Below the pieces are notes generated by a model. It ran no database searches. It had not been told where the DNA came from and worked only from the letters and a program-made list of their open reading frames with translations. Position numbers and translations under genes: made by a program. Below, one piece after another: positions 39,801-53,200 of a DNA stretch of 64,000 bases (the first letter of the stretch is position 1; the number at the start of each line of letters is the position of its first letter). The DNA lies in assembly GCA_030141605.1 (NCBI GenBank), contig JAQGDQ010002371.1, forward strand, positions 496,001 to 560,000. Direction: 5' to 3'. The stretch is from Tubiluchus corallicola. Lineage: Eukaryota > Animalia > Priapulida.

Positions 39801-41834
39801 AGACCTGGGCTTTATTCAAACACAGCATCTGCAACGTTTTGATAAAGTTCAGTTCCTGTTCTCTGACCAATGCCTGTAGAATCGTTCGATTCTAATTAAG
39901 CTGTTTTAATTATATAGCAAAAAATAACTCGGCGTCGATTTAACTTCATCAGTTAAACTTGCGTTAAAGCACAAGAAAACACGCTTCATAAATAAAGATT
40001 GAAAATCGTCTTGAAATTTTAATCACTTACGTGTTATGTTATTGCATACAGGGCTTGCAGTAACGCTGTATAAAACTTGTAAATTTAAACTCCCGCGGTG
40101 AACGTCATGCTCAGCCATTTTAACGGCAAATCGTTTGAAGCAAGTTCAGATAACAAGGTGTAAAGCTTGAAAAAATAATCAAAGCATTTGTAGAAAACTT
40201 TTGACTAACTGAGCAAAATGTGATTACTTTATATGTATTGTCAGTAAGATGTAGTGCCGTTTTACAAGGTGGAGCGAATACTTTAAATTATTAAGAATTT
40301 TCTCTTTCAACTACAGAAGTCTTTCAAACAAGTAAGCGTAATGCTAGGTGATTTAAGTTTGTATGGAAAGTTCTTTGGGATATACTTTAAAATTCTCTTT
40401 TCTTTCCATTTAAATTATCTTTAGCTTAATTATTAAATTATGATTTTGGAAAATAAACAGATTCCTATTGGAGAAACAAACTAAAAAACTCAATGAATGC
40501 TAATTTGCTGCCCCATTGACAAAATTAACAGCCATCATGATACGTGGCAATTGTGTGTTGTTGAATTAAAACTAGTGGATGTGCTCGAAATTATGATTAA
40601 TAAGAGGTTAATTAAATAACAAGGTAAAAATACAGTGCAAAATGTCACGTTTCTCTGGGAGTTTGATTCATTTATACATCGTTCTGGGAAGAGCGTATAA
40701 TATTTAGAAAAATGACTTAAAAATAATGTTCTGACGTGGCAGTAATAATAGTGTGCAAAAGTAAAGCAAATAGTTTACCTACATATACATACAAACACGA
40801 TCAGGTAGCCCGTCAGGTAAAAATTTTACCTGCTACAAATAGTTAATAAATACAAGTTCGCTTTTTAACTGCACATCACGGTTTTCGAAAAATGACAGGA
40901 TCGCCATTCGGAAAATAATGACAAGAACAAATTTAGTTATCATATCATCTTGATACAAGAAGTGCTTTTTTAATATTATGAGTCTTGTGCCAGGCGCTGT
41001 AGTTTACTGGAACAATACATATGAGGGTTCGACAGCGCTGTTTCCCTGCTGCTATACTGCCTGTTGTATAGGCATGGTAATAAGGGTAATAATAATAATA
41101 ATCTCTGTTTGTTATTTATATTCAGTCAAAAGAGCATAATAGCAGAACAGCTTGCTCAATCGTGTTGTATGTATTAACCTTAAACCCGACTTTAATGAGT
41201 AGAAAACAGATTAGTATTCTAAATAATAAAAAAGTCACATAATAAGGAAAACAAAAGATGCACGACATTTCAGCCCGCCACTATATATTATCTTTATGTG
41301 AAAATGAAAAGACACAAACGATCACTAAACACAATTTTTTTTATTTATAATATAAACACATTCACCAAAAACCATAGAAAAACCACATGTGAAGAGATGC
41401 ACTCACAGAAGAAGCACAGTGTGTTTACATTGTGCTCAGTAATCAAAAACCAGAGAAGTCCGAAAAACGCAAAAAACACTAGTAATAACAACAGAATTCT
41501 ACTTTATATATTTTGTTTTACACCCCGGTGCTATTGGGACATCTGTTGCTACAATGCGTTACTGTTTGTTTTGTTTCTTTTGTTGCATTTGCTTACTGTA
41601 TCCCTTCTTCGGTGACTGTGGTTCTTCGCGTAAGGTTCTTAGATCTTTAGTGAATGTGAAAATCCAAAATAATAATGTTTTGTGATCGACTGCGCTTCCT
41701 TTACACCTGAAGATAATCCATAGTGGTGCATTTAGTCGTTGTATATCTTTTATTTTCTTTATTGTTTAAGTACTTTTATTAATGAACTTATTATCTCTGT
41801 GTTAATATTCTTAGTGTAGGGATATTTGTTTCAG

Positions 41835-42042
41835 GTTGTGATAACATTGACGAAACTAGGCTACCAGTTAAAGATCTCAACTGTGATGTATATAATGCTC
41901 AGCACGTCACTTCCTGGCCTGTTCAATCCGTTCCTCTATGGCTTCCTAGCTCAATCGTACCGGGATGGGTACAGGAAGACCGTCACTGCACTTTGCTGCG
42001 GCGGCCTGAGAGAAACAGATAATCAGCTAAGAGAATCAAGAG
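41835..42042 (+). CDS. GPCR exon 2 (TM7 plus helix 8)
   Basis: Acceptor tttgtttcAG at 41833-41834, phase 0. Translates VVITLTKLG...LPGLFNPFLYGFLAQSYRDGY...LCCGG (NPxxY, helix 8, palmitoylation-type Cys pair). Donor GT at 42043, phase 1. Confidence 0.9.
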
Positions 42043-42963
42043 GTTTGTGGTTTTGAGCAAATTCACGTTTTGTAACTAGTGTTAATACTTACAAGCAACT
42101 GCGTCTCATGTCAATCGTTTTCAATGCAAACTAGTCAAAGATGTTTCTTCCAGCAGCTGATATAGTTTCTCACTTCTGTATGGAGCATAATGCTCAGCAT
42201 TTTTGCTTCTAGTTCCTCTGCATCAAATCTCTCTTTGAGGCTCTTGATTTCTTTATTGTTTTGCAAGAATATATTAGCACGTTGCTGGCACGTTGTATTT
42301 ATATTTCAACATGGCTGTTTTCCCGTTGATTATTAGTTGACATTGTTCGAGAATTTAAATTTTTAACAAAGGCTTTTCATCTATAACTTAAAAATTACTA
42401 AAACTATAAACTAAAACTAGTAACTTTCGCAGCGAAAAGGTAATGTATTGTAATATTAAGCTTTGAAATTTCAACTTTGTTAGGGGACTTGCTTCTAATA
42501 TTATTGTTGTCGAAACTTCAGCACGTTTTTTCTGCGCTACCTGATAAAATAAATAAATTTTAAAGTAAACAAATATTCGGCGTTTTTGACTTTATATTTA
42601 GCTTTTGATTTTCTAATTACACGTCTTGTCAACACTAATTTTGGTTATGGCGAAGTATTAGGTTAACATTTCCTTTTTATCCACTGGCCTTTTAAGCTAC
42701 CATTATTTACAGACATTTGTTTATACGTTTTTAAAAAATCTATAGCGAGTAAAAGATGAGGCAAACGAACAAAATTTAACCAGCTCTTGAGGACATTTTG
42801 TCCTTGTTGATCTTTCTGGCTTTTGATCATTAACTATGTTTAATTTTTAAAACTTTATTTGTGGTACCGCCGATTGAAAAATCTATCGCAGTACAAAGAT
42901 TTTAATATGATGAACTTTCACTGAGAAACGCAAGGCTTAACTATTTGCTTTACCTCGTTACAG

Positions 42964-43868
42964 AAACCAGCCATATCAATGGCTCAGTGGTGCAGGGGAA
43001 CACGGAGACAGCTGTAACAGAGCAGATAGGCACAGAGAGTGCTTCCTTGCTACAAGCCGACAATGGCTCAGCTAACATGCCAAGATCTGACTCGAACTAC
43101 ACAGCAGTGGGCAGTGAATACTGTGCCATTCGGCGCAGTGATACTGTCATGTCACATCTGCAAAGTCCCACCAACGGAGAAATGAAAGTCATTGGGTCAT
43201 CATCTACGTCAGGCGATACGAACTCTGTGGCAAGTGCAAACGCTTGTAAGCAGTGCAGAAACAGCTACACGACTCCCGGCGACGCCAGTACACCTGCTTG
43301 CCGATTCAGAACATTCCATCAAAATGACAATTTATTAGATGCAAACATGGCTGAACAAACAGAGGCCAGCGTGTACACAAATGGCGACCGCAATAACGGT
43401 TATGCATGCGCCGAACGCTATCTCGACTACGACTCGTCGTCTTCTGTGGGGGATACGTATTTTATTGCGCGCAATCTGAAGAATTGTAAGCCGGATTTGT
43501 GGAAGCAGAATAGCGTTGATTCGTTTCAGGGGTGGAAACCTTCGAGTGGCGCACCCATGTTAACAGGACAGTATGTACACGATGAACAGGCTTTGCTACA
43601 AGAAGATCAGGTAGGCGGGGCATCTGGACAGCCGTTTTTAAAATACTATGATCTCAATGAAGGCACTCCAGATTCCAAGCCCTCTAGTCGTGCCAAGCCC
43701 ACCGGTTCGAAGCCTGCAGGAGGACAGATTTATGCTACCATTGATAAGTCAAAGCAACACTACGGTACGAAATCACTACCTAATTACGCGAAATCCAGTG
43801 CACATTTGGCCAGGTCTTACAACAGAAATGTTAGAAGTGGAAGTAATTTTGGTGAGAGTGTCATCTGA
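42964..43868 (+). CDS. GPCR exon 3 (long intracellular C-terminal tail)
   Basis: Acceptor ctcgttacAG at 42962-42963, phase 1, matching exon 2. About 300 open codons to TGA, ending GESVI*. AATAAA at 43915. Confidence 0.82.
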
Positions 43869-45960
43869 AAGCTACTGTAACAATTTCAATTTAAATATTT
43901 GCTGAAGTATCTCAAATAAAGGACGTTGTTTTTCGTGTAAGAAAACAGACAGGTGACAGTGAACTGGCTGTTACACAATGGGAAGCTGTGAGCAGATGCA
44001 CAAAAATATAGTAGCCTACTTTGAAGATGGAAAGGTATACTACTGATGTCAGATAGTTATGACGTGTTCGGAACTTGGCTACTTACTAAGTATAATCTTT
44101 TGAAATGACACACTGAATCAGCAGAGATGTCTTAGCCGAGCTCAATATATCCTTCCTCAACGGGAAAAATAACCGCTGAAGCCGCCCATAAACAATTTAT
44201 ATAACGATTACTCAGTAATGTACTAACCAAGCGCTTTATCGTGCAGCGGTGTCTTAACTAAGTTCGGATGTGTATACAACTTTTCTCATCAAGAGAGAGA
44301 GAACCGGAAGCAGCATGGCTGTTGAAGCCGCTGAGTAACAATTTGTGTGGCAGTCAATGATTTACTAGTCAGGCTTGGCATTACTTAAATATCGCATGCA
44401 GCCAAGCACACACAGCTCAGAGAGATTTTAGGATAGGATATACCCGCCCTCATCTAGAGAATTTCCCACTGAACCATTTTTCTGAAATATTAAACAACTG
44501 CCATTACCTCTCATTTTCCGAGATATTTTTACAGGCCACAGTGCAAATCATGCAATAATTATATGCCTGAAAAAGTAATGTCTTTAAATATCAGTATCCT
44601 ATAGTTTTTCATAAGCCATTCAACAAGGTCTACAATGCACATTATATTAAACGAGAAGCCGCTGAATAGAATCGTCAGTAATTAGATATTTGAATCTAAA
44701 AGTTCTGATCTGATGACATCCCACTGAAACAGGTAAGCAATGTTGTAGTTAATAGCATGGCCTCTAATGAGCGATCTCGTGCATACTTCCCTCTAACATA
44801 CTGTCATCGACTCGGCCTAACTACCCCTCGCGTGTGTACATAGAGACAACAAACTCACACAGGAGCATCAATCTTCGCAAATGTATGGCTGCCAAATCAA
44901 TAAAATGCTCGGATTGTTTTGTAACGATGGATGGCCGAACTGTTAAGACGTATAGTGGTGATGGAAGCCAAGAGTTTTCCATTTACCATCTGAACGATGG
45001 TGTTGTAGCAGGCTGAGAGGATTATTATTGATTAATTAAAATATCGACCGGCGAGACCAAAGACAGTGTACATAAGAATCGTTAAAGTCAACAGTAAACT
45101 CAGCTCAGGATAAGCCAGGGATTCTTCGCAACTGGGTAAAGATAAAATTGGGAGTTAAACTGTTAGGCACTCTTTGAAGTCATGCAGTTAACTCTGATTT
45201 AGAAGATAAAACTATTGATTCGTTAATATTATTTTACAGATTTTTTATTAAGTATTGAAACTTAAGGAGCGCTTATAGTTTAAAATACACTGTAGCAAGA
45301 TGATGAGGAAAGTCTAATAAACGTGTAATGTTGTTTCCATTAGAATTTTGTTTAAATGGAAATTTGTCGAAAATCAGATATTTAGTAATATTTCCAGATC
45401 GAGACAAAACTGCACCTCAAATACCTTGGCTATGATCAAATCTAGGTTCATATTTTCGTTTTACGACCCTTTATTTCATCTGTATGCTAATCATAATAAT
45501 GTGTTTTTAATGAACAAAATTACTAACTTGGTTAAAGTTTATGAAACGCTTGTGGGAAAAAAGAAAAATTCTCTTTTTGTCGCTAGGCGTTCTAATTCCT
45601 AATGATGTCGCGCAAGTTATGAATCAGTTTTCGTATCAATTAGGTTAAAGTAATCAAATGGCAATTTTTCATTTTTTGACAACCACAAACAATTCATTAC
45701 AGCCTAAGGGAATTATAGCGCACAGTCATTTTTCTATTTGTGATAAGCACAGTAGTCCCTGTAGCATTGATACAACAACACATATACGAGAACTGCACGG
45801 GGAGCTTACATTCATGTTGCTATTACCAATATGCATATTGCTATTACCATCTAGTTTACAACTGTTATGATTACAGCTTTATGCAAGTAGGCGTACATGT
45901 ATTTAGCACGGTAATGCGATACTTAAACGAGCTATATTTTCTGGAGTATTTTTATTACTT

Positions 45961-46147
<187 letters not shown>

Positions 46148-47111
46148 TAAATTCATGATGTAACATGTACATCAAGTAAACAATAGTTTACAACAGTAAA
46201 TAAAGTAAACACGGTGCACAGTGGTAGTTATTTCAACAACACATCAGTTTAACTGGGGGATTAAATTGATTTACATATTTTCCCAAGTAATAAGATGAAA
46301 AGAGATACTCACAAACCAAAAACCAAAGGTTGAAGAAATACCGACTGCAATTAGTATATAATTAGTTTGATTGTAATGAATGAAAAATAATTAGTGGTTA
46401 CATTCAATGATGTTATTCTATTTGCTGGACCTTTTCTACAAGACCACCCGTTTACTTACAAGACTTACACTTTGCAAATATTAAATGACAAAAATCTCAT
46501 ACCATTTTCGCCGAGCACTGATACCAATTAATGTAATGAAAAACTGGGGGAGTCGTTGATATCACCAAAACATTAGGCCATGCATTATATGACGTCGTAG
46601 CGCAAGTAAGCTTCTCTGTGTATATTTCGTAGTCCCTGGCCGAGAACATTAAAGACAAGCGAAATTTCATTTAATTTTACGTAGTGCTTTTTTTAGTAAA
46701 GATAAAAGGAAAAAATTAAATGTTCTAATACCTAACTATAACAACAAAACGCATGCCTACAAAACAGACAAAATGGGTTCATTTAAATAGAAAACCGTGC
46801 TCAATGAGAAACGCACAAATTTACGGCATTCGTAGAGAACTAATTATTGTTGCATTGCATTACTGGTACTTATAACAGTTTCACTTGATATCGAATGTGA
46901 TTATTTAGGTAACATTAGGCGCAGATTAGTAATCCTTAAGCAGTTTGTTCGCGAATAATTTTGAGACTTGGACAGTTTATAATTTCGCTAGGTAACGAGT
47001 TCCAATAAACGTAAAATGTAATTCCCAAATGAAAATTAACACACACTGAGTCTAGAAAACTTAATATATAGCCATTGCCTCTAAAACTAAACCTATCGAA
47101 CAAAAGCAAAA

Positions 47112-47479
47112 ATGGTTAAACTTTATTCAACTAATGAGTTATAATGTTACATCAACTTCGTGATGTAAAATGGTTCTTCGTTCTTAAGTTTCATGTACAT
47201 CTTGTTTCATAATAATCTCCTTCTAAAATAACTATGGTTAAACTTTATTCAACTAATGAGTTATAATGTTACATCAACTTCGTGATGTAAAATGGTTCTT
47301 CGTTCTTAAGTTTCATGTACATCTTGTTTCATAATAATCTCCTTCTAAAATAACTATGGTTAAACTTTATTCAACTAATGAGTTATAATGTTACATCAAC
47401 TTCGTGATGTAAAAAGGTTCTTCGTTCTTAAGTTTCATGTACATCTTGTTTCATACTAATCTCCTTCTAAAATAACTAT
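47112..47479. repeat. Tandem repeat, 3 x 122 bp
   Basis: tggttaaactttattcaac recurs at 47113, 47235 and 47357. Copies are near-identical, with 2 substitutions in copy 3. Confidence 0.97.
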
Positions 47480-47939
47480 ACAGCTTTTCACACAAATTAA
47501 AGAAACCATTACGAACTCTACATTGGACTGCAGCATAATTTAGTAAGCACCAAATGCAAGGATTTTAAATTGCTTGTATCTAAGCGTCTGATTCTAACAA
47601 TTTACAATTAGATGCAACAATTTAGATGTACAATTTAGCATGTATGATTCAATATATTTCAACAACTTGTCCATTAAAATAGCTCGAGTATTTTCAAGTT
47701 CAAATAAATTATTACTTCAAAGTCACAACGTTCTTTTGTTACAGGTAATTGAACAATAAGCATTTTGCTGACCTCACTTAAATGAACTTCGATCAATCTA
47801 AGCCAACCAAAGTCAAGACCAGTATTGGGTAATGGTCAATTTCTAGCGAAGCTACCTTTCATATATTTCAATATTACGACACGAAACTGCTGCTATCTCC
47901 TCTGTCCCATTCCATCTCTCTTTATGTTGCACTTATTCT

Positions 47940-48060
47940 GTTTCTTTTTCTCGCTACCTATTCCTCTCTGTCTTTTTCTCTTCCCATTCTTTTTCTCTCT
48001 CTGCCTCTCTCTCGCTCTATCTGTCTCTGTCTCTCGCTCTCTCTCTCTTTCTCTCTCACT
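47940..48060. repeat. CT-rich low-complexity tract
   Basis: Directly visible degenerate (CT)n. Confidence 0.85.
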
Positions 48061-50187
48061 TGCGTGCATCTTTTGGATAAGTAGTGACATAACGATAACT
48101 GAATAAAGTTTTTGTTTATTAAATTCGTGAAAGCATATCATTAATTTTGCAGTCGATCTTCCAAGGAAATATTGTTTCTTGTTTGACATGCTCCATAAGC
48201 TTCAACGATATTGAATGTCAGTGTTACAGTAGCAGTAATTAGTGTAAATATACGGCTTCAGTTTATCATTACTGTCTACCGGTAATGTTACCAGATGTTT
48301 AGCAGACCGTTTCCGTAATAATGATGCTTGATATCAACACATTATTTTTAAATTAGAACCAAAGGTGTAACGTAGACTCATACAGCAGCACTTGAGTGAT
48401 TATTTACAGTGATGAGTTATTGATTAATTAGACAGTACTTTTCTGCCTGCTAATGAAATGAAACTCATTATTAATTGCTGTTATATTATATACGCAAACG
48501 AGATTTAATTTTTGTAAGATCTGCAATTAAATATTTCTAATAAAATAACAGCATAAAAGTCTGCACTTATCTACAGACTACACTAGGTTTACATTTTGCA
48601 TTATCGCGCATCTCTTCTACATGCCGTAATTAAGATAATAATCAAGTATTATAGAGTTGCTCGAAATGAAAAGTATCATTTGCAGAACACTGATTTCAGT
48701 AACAAATCAACATGTGTGTACTACCCGAATTATAAAATAAACAATTGTTTATTTAAAATTTCTTGTACATGTGTGTACAGCACAAAACTAACAACTGAGT
48801 AAACGAAGCAACTTAAAGTACATCAACAGCGTAAAGTGACTCTACAAATACTAAATAAATATAGGTAAGAACTCCATAAAGCAGTACTTGGGAAAAATTA
48901 AGCAAAGATAATATAAAGAAACTCCTACACTACAAGCACATAATGTTCAAGATTTATTGATCAAGTCTGTCTATAATGCCATCATAATTTCTCAAGCATT
49001 CATATTATACACTAACAACGCTCGTTTAATGTGCCGTTAAATCGTGATTACGCGACAGGTTAGAAAAATGCAGCACATTTTCACTTTAAAATCTCAGAAG
49101 TAATAACGAAAGGATGCAAGAAGAGACAACAAAAGAGAAGTGACATTACAGCAAGCCTATATTTAGCACATCAATTAATAAACGCCCTAAACAATAAACC
49201 CGTAAACCTGTTTTTCAAACGGCGGCGCAAGCGACATCAAAAGCGTGCACAAATAATTGAATGTTTTATCCATGCAAGCTTGATATGACAGGTTAATAAT
49301 TGCAACAAGGATTTAATAATGGAGTAACCCGACTAGACTATCATAGGTAGAGGACTACAGACTTCGCTACAAACACTAAATTTTAATTAATTTGCTGAAG
49401 ACTTGGCATGATTTTTTGTAACTGCAGTAATAAAATTAAAATTTTTTACCTAGCTGTTTGCAATAAAATCAAATTTTCGGCCTATACAAACTTGGCAAAA
49501 TTATGTAAAGTAAAATATCATATACAGTATTTAATTTTCTCAATAATTTTTTGCAAATAATTTTCTCTGTCTAACGAGTTAAAAGAACTAGAAAATAAAG
49601 ATTGTTGCGAATCAAACTGCATAAGACGCAATTAGCTTCAAACTGCATATAAGGCTTTTAAGACTGAATCAACTCACTAACAAGATGTAAGAAGCTTACT
49701 ATTTCCGTAAGCACTTTGCTATTTTCAAAATTCTACTAACTGCAGCTTACAATCGAAAACTTCTCTTGAAAACGTCGCTCATAAAGAAATTTGACAATCC
49801 CGTTTTTCTTCACAACGTTTAAGATTCGTGTAAAATTTTGCGCAAATTCACCAGTGCTTTGACGATGATCGCTATTTTAGTTCAAACAAATCACAGTCCA
49901 TAGAAAATCTATTGGAAACAAAAACAGATTTAAACGCCTTCGCGCTCCAAGTTTAGAAAAAGGAGGGTTTCAGAGAGAAAACTGATAAGTATAATTGTTT
50001 TCCCGTGCTGATAAACAAAAATGGATCAAATACAGACCATATGTATCACATGAAAGTATTAATAAAGCTTATAGTTACTCGTTGAAACGTTTATTTGATA
50101 GTAGTAAGTACATCAAAACGCAATTTGTAATTTTCATTTTTCAATTAAACTTTCAAACCGTGTCGTTGTGAGGCACAACCTTGGTTG

Positions 50188-50289
50188 CTAAGCGGCTTTC
50201 TTTGCCCGAAAGAGCAAGATTAAATAACCGATCAGTCTATATAGAACCATCAGAGCAAGCAACAATCCTATGTCTTTAGCAAAATTATC
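50188..50289 (-). CDS. ABCG last coding exon: [33 protein letters not shown]
   Basis: Acceptor tttacAG and TAG stop at 50190-50188. AATAAA on the minus strand at 50095-50090. Confidence 0.9.
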   Translation of the reverse strand, partial: DNFAKDIGLLLALMVLYRLIGYLILLFRAKKAA

Positions 50290-53200
50290 CTGTAAATTGT
50301 AAAGAAATGAAAAATTACTTGTTCACATTATTTAAATTAATTGTACAAGTACTAGTATATGAATACAAATGAATTCGAATACATATGAATACATAGCTTT
50401 TTATTAAACTAAAATATTATTGTCATTATTGTCATTGAATCAAACATTACGTCGAGAATGGCGCCACATGCCAGTTATTAACTGATACATGTGTAGTAAC
50501 CCTCAACAAGTGATAGGCCTAAGAGCCTTTGTGATTCTGGTTTACGGACAGTTCAGTTTCTTGTATAATATATCTATTACATGAACTTGGATCTAGATTC
50601 AAAAATGTGAAATCAGAACTTTGGAAGACGTCGGTTCTGTAAATTTTTTGACGTTTGACATTTGACATTATTTCCACTATATCTCGGCTGTATGAGGAAA
50701 AGAGTGCCCTTGATGATCTTGTTAAAGTACATATGCCTATGTTAAACAGATGCAATATAAGACAGCCATAAATATTTGCCTGTCATCGTTACCATTATAT
50801 TTCCATTATACATTTTTTCACCTAAATTTGATATAAATAGTACCAGTATTATTTTACAGAGTTGAAATTTACCTGGTCATAGCCAAAAAATTGGAGAACT
50901 TGCTTCCCGTCGCGTATACAAGTTGTATCATTGCGAAGACAAGCTGAAACAATTTAGCAAGTTTTGAATTTATAATTAAGTTTTTGAGAAACAGCAGAAT
51001 TAATAAACGACTCATTTAGTGTGTAACAGCATGTTATACAAAAACCAAACTTACCAATTTCTTTTATATCCTTCCACTGGTTGATGTTCAAAGCTTCATT
51101 GCCATGTTTGATTATGCTAAAGTACTCTATCCATTTAAAGTATACAGGGATTGATCTATATAGAAAAAATAAAGATACAGCGTTTCAACCACTGCGGGAC
51201 AAATAAAAGTTCATATGTCTCAATTACAACTTCATGGGTTAACAGATGTCAATTCATCTACAGTGTATCTCTATAGAATATTATCTATAAATGGTTGCTG
51301 CGGACTGTCAGCAAGTTTGACAATCTCAGGCACTAATCGCCTGTAGTTACAAATCTGATACAAAAATTGAGACAACGGTTAAATTTGCAGAGGCAAGGTC
51401 GATTTAAAACGAACTACAGGCGTCTTCTGCCTATCTATGCAGATCATTCTTAGTTTACTCAAAGTGAGCTTATTTACTTTTGGCATGGTTCTGTGTATAT
51501 TAGCATAACTACCCGGCAAGCAGCAGATCTTGGGTTCAACTCCCACTGAAGAGCTCCCACTTGTAAAACAAGCCCAGAAACTAATAATACTGATTCAGCA
51601 CTACATTAAGGTACGTTTGGTAAGTAAGGAATCTAATCCACGTTTAGTTCTTTTTTCAAAAATTATGTTCTCCAAACAATCCAACCAGTGTTACAATAAA
51701 CATTTAACAAGTAACATACAAGCTAGACTATGCTACCAATAATCTAAAAACACTGTGATTCGAAAGTGATTGTAATTAAATTTATAAAGATATAAATTTA
51801 TTATAAGTTATATCTGTATAAATTTATAAGAATATAAACTTACTCTAAATTTAAATTAAAACCTCCGACCACAAACAGTAACAGCATGACGGGAGAACCA
51901 GCAGCCATGACAACTTCGTAGTTTGATGAGCAACAAGACAACATGTAACCTAATGAAAGTACATATTTTGTATTTATTCTAGTAAAATATTAAGTATTGA
52001 AGTATGAAGCCTCTCAGCCCGAAATATCCACAGATCGGCGCTGAAGTCTGTCAGCTAACCCTTAACCTCTTTCAGTGTCTGTAGTCTTTCACATGTGGCA
52101 ACGAAACTGCCACCCACAAGGCAACTTGCACCTTTTTACTACATGTGTTGCAATAGATGAACTTGATGAGACCATAAAATGCTGCTAATCAAATAAATAT
52201 GATCAGGAAAGATATAGATATAAAAACCAATAAAGAAAAACGACAGGAGCGAACATTTGATTCGATTTGATTTAACCCTACATTTCAAACATAAGGTCAT
52301 GATGCAAAATATTCACTAGACGATGAAATTGTCAAACAAAACACTAATGATGAATGAAAAACGCACATAAACATAGATTTCTAGATATGTACAAAGATCA
52401 AAATTTTAACTAAATATCTTTAGTTAACTAAACTAAACTATAGAAAAAATAGTCTCAATATTCGTGGGTAAAGAATCTTGCCCCAAATTATTAATGATGG
52501 GATTGAATCTTCTATCATTATACAACTTTACCGCCTTTTACAAAAACGTTTTTACTGTTCTGGATTCTAATCTACAACGTATACGTCATGTATCAAAATA
52601 AGATTAGCCTATGGCTGATAGTTATTGCATTCGATACTTGCGAATATCTCGTCTGTAGCATTTTACTTTTAAAGATTGTAATTGTAAGAACGTCGCCAGA
52701 GTTAACTTACTTATTGCTACAGCGGCATCCGACGTCAAAATTATTACTCCTACGCAGGTGAAGAAATGAAAGGCAGAAGAATACAAACCTGAAAGATATA
52801 TTACAAATGATTTTATAGTAGTAGAAATAATCTTTATTAACACAGTAAATAAATCATTGCGGGTGAATTTTACAAAAAAACTCTAAAACAAACAGAGGTA
52901 CGTTTATGACAATGTGTCTAATAAATAACAAATTTTCAACTTGTCGATACACGTTTAAAGCCATATATGCAATAATCAAAAAAGTTTTTTGAAATTAGTA
53001 ATGTCCATATGATTATCTTTTTTCCTCATTTCCTTTGTTTTAGAGCACTTCCACACAAAGTGGTTCAGTTTTGTACACTCTTACAGGTACACAACCTTTG
53101 ATTACGTGGGATTCTTGACCAGCGGCTAATTTCTATTGTCACCGTATGAACAAACCCTGTACGTTGATACTCTCCTGGCGCTCGTCCATCAGAATGTACC

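Noticed and set aside
50519-50782. Alternative last exon for the ABCG gene
   Set aside because: The in-frame AG lacks a polypyrimidine tract and the peptide lacks the conserved TM6 'R...Y..L' pattern that 50188-50289 provides.
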